Source of the DNA: Terriglobia bacterium
GTDB taxonomy: Bacteria > Acidobacteriota > Terriglobia > 2-12-FULL-54-10
Direction of reading: 5' to 3'
DNA length: 64,000 bases
Assembly (NCBI GenBank): GCA_963666975.2
Contig: CAXVYR010000003.1
Coordinates: forward strand, 640,001 to 704,000
Positions 58,301 through 64,000 of this stretch are shown one piece after another. The position numbers and the translations under genes were made by a program. The notes below the pieces were generated by a model that saw only the letters and a list, made by a program, of their open reading frames with translations, made no database searches and was not told where the DNA came from. How positions within the stretch are numbered: the stretch's first letter is position 1; every line of letters starts with the position of its first letter.

Positions 58301-58600
58301 CTAACCTGCTTTTCGGGCAGCGTTTTCAAGCGCCTGCTGGAACTCGATGCTCTTCTCGGCGACCGCCCCATTTAATTTTTGGTAACGCTCCGAAAGGCGC
58401 TCGCACTCGTCGGCAAAATGCAAAGCAGCCAGGACGGCCAGTTCGAGCGAGTCGATGGTTTGTGTCTTCTCCGCAATCGAACGCATTTTCCCGTCCAGCA
58501 GTTTTGCCAGCCGCCGCGCATATTTCTCCTCCGACGCGGACCGCAGAGTGTACAAGCGGTCGTAAATTTCCACGCGAACTTCCTGCGGTCGGTCGGCCAC
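58301..58600 (-). CDS. zapA: Cell division protein ZapA
   Basis: VRVEIYDRLYTL...LAVLAALHFADE. Confidence 0.9.
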   Translation of the reverse strand: MADRPQEVRVEIYDRLYTLRSASEEKYARRLAKLLDGKMRSIAEKTQTIDSLELAVLAALHFADECERLSERYQKLNGAVAEKSIEFQQALENAARKAG

Positions 58601-58650
58601 AGATCCTCCTGCCAGTCAATTGCGAAAAGCCGCTTTTATTATGCTTCCGA

Positions 58651-58923
58651 TCACTCGTTTGTCAATGCATCCACTTGGTTCATGAGTTTCTGAACACGGC
58701 CCCGCACCGTCTCCCGCTGCTTCTCAAGACGGTTCAACCGGCCCTCCAATAAACAGATGGCCTTGTTTTGCTCGTCGAACGTAGCCTGCAGACGGGAATT
58801 TTCCCGCGCTAGTTCCGCGTTCTCCGCCTTTGTCGCTTTCAGGATGCTGCTGGCTTGGTTAATTTGCTCTTCGAGCTTGAGCAATTGCTCCAGACCGTCC
58901 GCCGGCAAGGAAGGCTCACTCAT
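58651..58923 (-). CDS. zapB: ZapB-like coiled-coil protein
   Basis: Heptad pattern; position between pheT and zapA. Confidence 0.72.
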   Translation of the reverse strand: MSEPSLPADGLEQLLKLEEQINQASSILKATKAENAELARENSRLQATFDEQNKAICLLEGRLNRLEKQRETVRGRVQKLMNQVDALTNE

Positions 58924-59041
58924 ACGCTAGTCTATTTCTCCCTTCCGTGCCAACACGCCAAATCGTGGTTTCCTCTTCCGGTGCAATCTTCCGTTGGCGT
59001 GGACAAGCTGTCGCGTTCTGGGGAAGTTGTCCCTGCAGGCC

Positions 59042-61126
59042 TCACATTCGGATTTGGGCTCCTAGCTTCCGTTCCAGACACTCAATCACCTGGGCGCTGT
59101 GGCCTGCCAGCTCCGCCTCCGTTAGGGTGGCGTTCTGGCTTTGCAAAACCAGCCTAAGCAGAAGACTATATTTTCCCGGCGGAACCGGAGCGCCGCGAAA
59201 GATCTCGACTGGAGTCACCGCCACCAACTCCGGAATGCCAAGTGAAACGATGGCCTCTCGCACCGACTCAAACCACAGGCCCTCCGGCAGCACGATTGAA
59301 AAATCCCGCTCCACCGCCGGGTAACGCGAAATCGCTTGTACGCTCGGAAAACGGAGATTGCGGGCATAGAGTAAGTCCAGCGCAAGCTCACCCAGATAAA
59401 CCGGCTGGCGGAACTTCCACCGCGCGGCGACCTCCGGATGCAACTCGCCTAGCCAGCCCACTGCTTCGCCCTCCATCACGAGCCGGGCACTGCGGCCTGG
59501 AAGATAGTAATCCGGAACGTGCTCTGAATCAATAGAATAAGAAGGATTTTCAAACAATTCAATTAATTGTTCCAGGTCCCCCTTTAGGTCGAGAATTTCA
59601 AAGCTCTTGCCGCTTAATCTCCCGCCATCCTGCTTCAGGCAAGCCTCGAAACGGTCGCCCGTTCCCGCAAGCGCCAGCATCAGCGGCTCGCGGTAGCTCT
59701 CCGCTTCGCGGCGGTAAATGCTTCCTACCTCAAAGATTCGAACCGTCTCACGGCCACGGTTCAGATTCCACTGTAGGGCCGCGAGCAGGCCGGGAACCAG
59801 GCTGGGCCGCAGGATGCAAGCCTCCTCGCTCAGAGGATTGGCAACGGGTACAGGGGGCGCTGATCCAAACGTTTCAGCGGCATGATTGGTCAGGGTAGAA
59901 CAGACCGTCTCATCATAGCCCAATTCCAGGACCCGTCTCCGCACACGCTCCTGTTTGGAGGCATGAGGAGTTTTCCGGGCTGCTTGCCCGGCCATCGCCG
60001 GCAACCGTGCGGGAAATTTGTCATATCCGTATTGCCGCGCGACCTCCTCGATCAGGTCGATCTCCCGGTCCACATCCAGACGATACGCCGGGGCCGTGCA
60101 GTTCCATCCCGTTTGACCTTTGGCACTGGGAGAGAACCCCAGCCGGGAAAGAATCTTCTTTACTTCCGAGGCAGGCGGTTCAATACCCAGGTGACGCCCC
60201 AATTCCGCACGGCGGAGAACAATAGGCTTTGAGGTTCTCTTCCGGGGATACACATCAATCACCCGCGGGTCCGCCTTGGCGCCCCCGGCAAGGTCCTGAA
60301 TCAGTTTGGCGCAACGGTTTGCTGCCATCACGGCAGCGTCAATGTCGGCGCCCCGTTCGAACCGATAGGAAGCCTCCGACCGCAACCCCTGCCTCTTGGA
60401 TGTGCGGCGCACCGAGACCGGCTCAAACCATGCGCTCTCCAGCAGAACGCTCGTGGTGCTAGCAGAAATCTCGGTATCCTGCCCTCCCATCACCCCGGCC
60501 AAAGCAACCGGCCGCCGGGCATCGGCAATGACAAGGTCTTCGGTGGTAAGCCGCCGTTCCACTCCGTCGAGCGTCGTTAACTGCTCGCCGGAAGCGGCGC
60601 GACGAACAATGATCTTCCCGCCTTCCAGCCGGTCCATGTCAAAGGCATGCAACGGGTGTCCGTACTCCATCAAGACATAGTTGGTGGCGTCGGCCACGTT
60701 GTTAATCGAGCGGATACCCACCAACTCCAGCCTCCGCGCAAGCCATGCCGGAGAAACACCGACTTCGACACCGTGGATGAGCCGTGCCGCGTACCTCCGG
60801 CACAGGTCCCGTGCCACAATTTTCACTACAGTCTTCACCACAGTCTTTGCAGGAGATTCCTTGCGGCGTGCCCGTGATTTGCCTGCTTCAGCCTTGCCGA
60901 AGGCGGCCAGCGGCTTGCCGTACAACGCGCTCAGCTCCCGGGCGACACCATAGTGGCTCAGGCAATCCGAACGGTTGGTGGTGATATCCATGTCCAAGAC
61001 CGTCTCGCCATCTTCGGTGGCAACCGCGTCCACAGCCAATCCCAGCATGGTCAGATCATTGGCCAGCCGACGGACGTCAGCGGGAAGAGGAACGAATTCT
61101 TGCAGCCAGGAAAGTAGAATCTTCAT
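59042..61126 (-). CDS. pheT: Phenylalanine--tRNA ligase beta subunit (short form without B2 OB domain)
   Basis: ITTNRSDCLS, YGHPLHAFD, ASYRFERG, DLIEEVAR, SRYPAVERD. Confidence 0.96.
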   Translation of the reverse strand: MKILLSWLQEFVPLPADVRRLANDLTMLGLAVDAVATEDGETVLDMDITTNRSDCLSHYGVARELSALYGKPLAAFGKAEAGKSRARRKESPAKTVVKTVVKIVARDLCRRYAARLIHGVEVGVSPAWLARRLELVGIRSINNVADATNYVLMEYGHPLHAFDMDRLEGGKIIVRRAASGEQLTTLDGVERRLTTEDLVIADARRPVALAGVMGGQDTEISASTTSVLLESAWFEPVSVRRTSKRQGLRSEASYRFERGADIDAAVMAANRCAKLIQDLAGGAKADPRVIDVYPRKRTSKPIVLRRAELGRHLGIEPPASEVKKILSRLGFSPSAKGQTGWNCTAPAYRLDVDREIDLIEEVARQYGYDKFPARLPAMAGQAARKTPHASKQERVRRRVLELGYDETVCSTLTNHAAETFGSAPPVPVANPLSEEACILRPSLVPGLLAALQWNLNRGRETVRIFEVGSIYRREAESYREPLMLALAGTGDRFEACLKQDGGRLSGKSFEILDLKGDLEQLIELFENPSYSIDSEHVPDYYLPGRSARLVMEGEAVGWLGELHPEVAARWKFRQPVYLGELALDLLYARNLRFPSVQAISRYPAVERDFSIVLPEGLWFESVREAIVSLGIPELVAVTPVEIFRGAPVPPGKYSLLLRLVLQSQNATLTEAELAGHSAQVIECLERKLGAQIRM

Positions 61127-61197
61127 TCGAGTGAGAAACAACCGGCAGCCTGCGATGCCGGCAGCGAGTATTCCAACCTATCAGCGGGACTGGTTGG

Positions 61198-62373
61198 CTA
61201 ACGAAACTGATGCAAAAATTTTATATCGCCCTGAAAGAACAACTGAATGTCCCCTACCCCATACTTCAGCATCGCCAGACGTTCCACCCCCATGCCGAAA
61301 GCGAACCCGCTGTAGCGGGAAGGGTCGTAGTTTACATACGGATAGAGCGCAGGGTCCACCATCCCGCATCCCATCAATTCAATCCAGCCGGTTTGTTTGC
61401 AGATGCGGCATCCGGCGCCGCTCGAACCGCAAAACAGGCAGGAAATATCCACTTCGGCGCTCGGCTCGGTAAAGGGAAAGAAGCTCGGACGAAAACGGGT
61501 GCACACCTCCGGTCCAAAAAAGGCCTTGAGGAAATGGTCGAGCGTCCCTTTCAGGTCCGCAAAGGTAATATGGGTATCCACCGCCAGACCTTCCACCTGA
61601 TGAAACATGGGTGAATGGGTGGCGTCCGGCGTATCGCGGCGGTAGGCTCTGCCCGGAACAACAATCCGCAACGGCGGCTGCTGCTTTTCCATGGTCCGGA
61701 TTTGCACCGGCGAAGTGTGCGTCCGCAAGACGGTCGTGGAGTCGATATAAAAAGTGTCCTGATCGTCCCGCGCCGGATGATCCTCCGGGATATTCAACGC
61801 CTCAAAGTTGTAATAGCTGCTCTCGATATCCGGCCCCTCTTCCACCGAATAACCGAGGGAGAAAAAAATCCAGGTGATCTCTTCTATAGTTTGTTGCAAG
61901 GGATGGGGCACGCCAGATGGCCGCCGGTTGCCCGGCAGTGTGATATCTATCGCTGCGGCTGGGGCAGACGAGGCCCCGGCTCCACTCGGTTCTGCCTTCG
62001 CCTTCTTCGCTTCCGGCGTGGCGGAGGGAGACAATGCGGACGGGAGGCTGAACTGCCGTTCGGCTTCTTGTCGCAGGGCGTTCAGCCGCTCCCCGACCTC
62101 CCGCTTTAATTCGGAAGGCGCCGGGCGCAGCCAGTGGTCGGTGACCGAGCGAACGATCCCCTGTTTGCGGCCCAGCCAGCGCAGACGAAGACTTTCCCGG
62201 CTTCCCTGCTCTGAGGAGCCGGGTTCGCCGAGTTGGGCTATATTCTCGGAAAGGCAGCGCGCAAGCCGGTCGAAAAGCACTTTCAAACCGGCGGCATCGC
62301 GAACGCCTAATTGTTCGAGCGTAAGTTGGACGGCTTGGGTAATGTCGCGGTTGGGTTGGTCAGAGGAACCCAT
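61198..62373 (-). CDS. pheS: Phenylalanine--tRNA ligase alpha subunit
   Basis: [34 protein letters not shown]. Confidence 0.97.
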   Translation of the reverse strand: MGSSDQPNRDITQAVQLTLEQLGVRDAAGLKVLFDRLARCLSENIAQLGEPGSSEQGSRESLRLRWLGRKQGIVRSVTDHWLRPAPSELKREVGERLNALRQEAERQFSLPSALSPSATPEAKKAKAEPSGAGASSAPAAAIDITLPGNRRPSGVPHPLQQTIEEITWIFFSLGYSVEEGPDIESSYYNFEALNIPEDHPARDDQDTFYIDSTTVLRTHTSPVQIRTMEKQQPPLRIVVPGRAYRRDTPDATHSPMFHQVEGLAVDTHITFADLKGTLDHFLKAFFGPEVCTRFRPSFFPFTEPSAEVDISCLFCGSSGAGCRICKQTGWIELMGCGMVDPALYPYVNYDPSRYSGFAFGMGVERLAMLKYGVGDIQLFFQGDIKFLHQFR

Positions 62374-62400
62374 TCACAGGATGGCTCACGGAAATGGAAA

Positions 62401-62430
62401 AGCAGGTCCTTCGCTTCGCTCAGGATGACA
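62401..62430 (+). repeat. REP-like repeat AGCAGGTCCTTCGCTTCGCTCAGGATGACA
   Basis: Intergenic; shares the CCTTCG..CTTCGCTCAGGA core with the 24-nt elements. Confidence 0.6.
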
Positions 62431-62457
62431 GATCAAAAATGGCTCTTGTACAAACTG

Positions 62458-62817
62458 CTAAGCAGCCAAGGCTAGCTTGGCTTGCTCGGCGAGGCTGGCA
62501 AAACCTGCCTGGTCAAGCACCGCAATGTCCGCAAGAATTTTGCGGTCCAAATCGACGCCCGCCAACTTCAGTCCATGAATGAACTTGTTGTAGGAAAGCT
62601 CATGCTTTCGCGCCGCAGCGCCGATGCGGATGATCCACAATTTACGAAAGTCCCGTTTACGGTTTCGCCGGTCCCGGTAACTGAACCGCAAGGCACGCTC
62701 TACCGATTCCTTGGCGGAACGGTACAGCTTGCTTTTGGTCAGCCTATACCCCTTGGCACGCTTCAGAATTTTGGTGCGGCGGTCATGCCGCTTGGTTCCT
62801 CGTTTTACTCTAGGCAC
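62458..62817 (-). CDS. rplT: 50S ribosomal protein L20
   Basis: PRVKRG...[19 protein letters not shown]...LDRKILA. Confidence 0.98.
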   Translation of the reverse strand: MPRVKRGTKRHDRRTKILKRAKGYRLTKSKLYRSAKESVERALRFSYRDRRNRKRDFRKLWIIRIGAAARKHELSYNKFIHGLKLAGVDLDRKILADIAVLDQAGFASLAEQAKLALAA

Positions 62818-62913
62818 TTTTCGTTCTCTCCCGGCCCGCAGAAACGTCCCTTACCGGGCATGGCGGGCTGGCATTGTTCGAGCATTCCAATCGCCGTTCC
62901 CGTCCCGCGACGG

Positions 62914-63111
62914 TCAGGCATAAGGCAACATTTCCCGCAAGCGTCCCTGGTCGCTCCGAGCCACTATGCCGGTCTGGTCCAGTTTGCGCTTCCGCTTGCT
63001 GCGTTTTTTAGTCAAGATGTGGCGCGCAAAAGAGTGTCCCCTCAAGAACTTCCCCTTGGCAGTGCGCTTAAAGCGCTTGGCTGCGCCACGATGTGTTTTA
63101 ATCTTGGGCAC
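62914..63111 (-). CDS. rpmI: 50S ribosomal protein L35
   Basis: [14 protein letters not shown]...HILTKK. Confidence 0.98.
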   Translation of the reverse strand: MPKIKTHRGAAKRFKRTAKGKFLRGHSFARHILTKKRSKRKRKLDQTGIVARSDQGRLREMLPYA

Positions 63112-63200
63112 TCTTCCTCCTGAGTATCCTGGTCTGGGTATCCTGGTAACCCGCCTTGATTCTTCCAGGAATTTCAGGGGGCCAAAGAAACCTGATTGCG

Positions 63201-63713
63201 TTACTTCTTCGGCGCGAAGATGGCATGCAGGGAGAAACCTTCCATGCGGGGCCGAAACTCCACCGAGCCGGCCTCCGACACGTCCTCAACCAAGCGCTCG
63301 ATCATCCTTCGCCCAATATCGGAGTGGGAAATCTCACGTCCGCGAAATGACACAATCGCTTTCACCTTGTCGCCTTCTTTCAGGAACCGGATGATGTTGT
63401 TTTTCTTAAACTCGTAGTCATGCTCGTCCGTATTGGGACGGAACTTGACTTCCTTGAGGATGATGTTCCGCTGGTTCTTCCTCGCCTCGTGAGCCCGTTT
63501 ATTGAGCTGGTAGACGTACTTCCCGTAGTCCATGATCTTGCACACGGGAGGCACAGCGGTAGCGGAAACCTCAACTAAATCCAGGTGCTGTTCCCTGGCT
63601 AACTTCAAAGCATCGGACGGCGGCATGACGCCCAGTTGGGTGCCACTGTCATCGATCACTCGGACCTCACGGGCCCGAATCCTCTCGTTCACCCGGATAT
63701 TCGCAGCCGCGAT
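63201..63713 (-). CDS. infC: Translation initiation factor IF-3 (probable ATC start)
   Basis: [30 protein letters not shown]; GGAGG 5 nt before an in-frame ATC at 63713. Confidence 0.96.
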   Translation of the reverse strand: MAAANIRVNERIRAREVRVIDDSGTQLGVMPPSDALKLAREQHLDLVEVSATAVPPVCKIMDYGKYVYQLNKRAHEARKNQRNIILKEVKFRPNTDEHDYEFKKNNIIRFLKEGDKVKAIVSFRGREISHSDIGRRMIERLVEDVSEAGSVEFRPRMEGFSLHAIFAPKK

Positions 63714-63899
63714 AAAACCCTCCGTAGGCGGGCACGCTGTCTTCCCGCCTTAATCACTTCAGTTCATCTAAACAGCCGCTCTCTGCGAGGGCGGAATTCA
63801 AATTATACCTGCCGGCGAAAAAAAATTATACCACAAATCAGGTTTCCGGCAGCTTCCCGTAATGCAATTCTCCGTCAGAAGAGGCCCCCCTGACAGGAG

Positions 63900-64000
63900 C
63901 TACCCCTCCGCTTGCCGAGACTTGATCGCATGCCGAATTCGCGCCAGGAACTCCTCCCGCGAGAGGGTGCCCTGGTTTCCTTGTTTGCGGCTTCGCACGC
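63900..64000 (-). CDS. thrS: Threonine--tRNA ligase, 3' end (partial)
   Basis: VRSRKQGNQGTLSREEFLARI...; canonical position upstream of infC. Confidence 0.8.
   Translation of the reverse strand, partial: VRSRKQGNQGTLSREEFLARIRHAIKSRQAEG

Noticed and set aside
60824-60848. 12-bp tandem duplication in pheT (KTVVKTVVK)
   Set aside because: In frame, in a variable linker and unrelated to the 24-nt element; likely neutral slippage.
1-64000. CRISPR array, rRNA, integron cassette array or reverse transcriptase
   Set aside because: No regularly spaced repeat-spacer series, attC-like array, rRNA sequence, or RT/Cas motifs seen by eye.

Overview
Bacterial chromosome segment, about 57-60% GC by eye. 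Gene content and repeat types suggest Acidobacteriota (inference). (1) 325-15708, minus strand: an aerobic respiratory supercluster. It holds Rieske / split cytochrome b / subunit IV / a 1032-aa cytochrome c with 8 CxxCH motifs, then an Rrf2 regulator, an A1-type heme-copper oxidase (II, I, III, III, IV), a CAMC-motif protein, a cupredoxin-like lipoprotein, ctaA, ctaB and an ABC ATPase. (2) tRNA-Arg(ACG) at 16016-16092 is the attachment site of a ~20.5 kb decayed island ending at a degenerate tRNA 3' copy (36561-36615). The island has a P4-type integrase, alpA, an iteron-bearing rep gene and a terminase fragment. Its cargo is exported amidohydrolases, a DASS transporter, an AprAB/AsfAB-like flavoprotein-ferredoxin pair, a CoA ligase, two recent IS256 copies and many IS relics. 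(3) 36616-50200 is a further accessory stretch: a hicA relic, IS1380/IS256 relics, amidohydrolases, an amidase, PilZ proteins, a cohesin-like protein and MITE/REP repeats. (4) 50488-64000 is core genome: cysM-mec-sulfur carrier-moeB, pcrA, archease, ymdB, 6S RNA, zapA/zapB, pheT, pheS, rplT, rpmI, infC and the thrS 3' end. The most unusual signals are: a 24-nt frame-preserving mini-insertion element found inside a hicA reading frame and nested inside itself within a REP hairpin; repeated collapse of genes into N-terminus plus C-terminus relics at short microhomologies; and an amidohydrolase sitting between the two ends of a Ser/Thr kinase gene. All family assignments come from motif recognition by eye; no searches were run.
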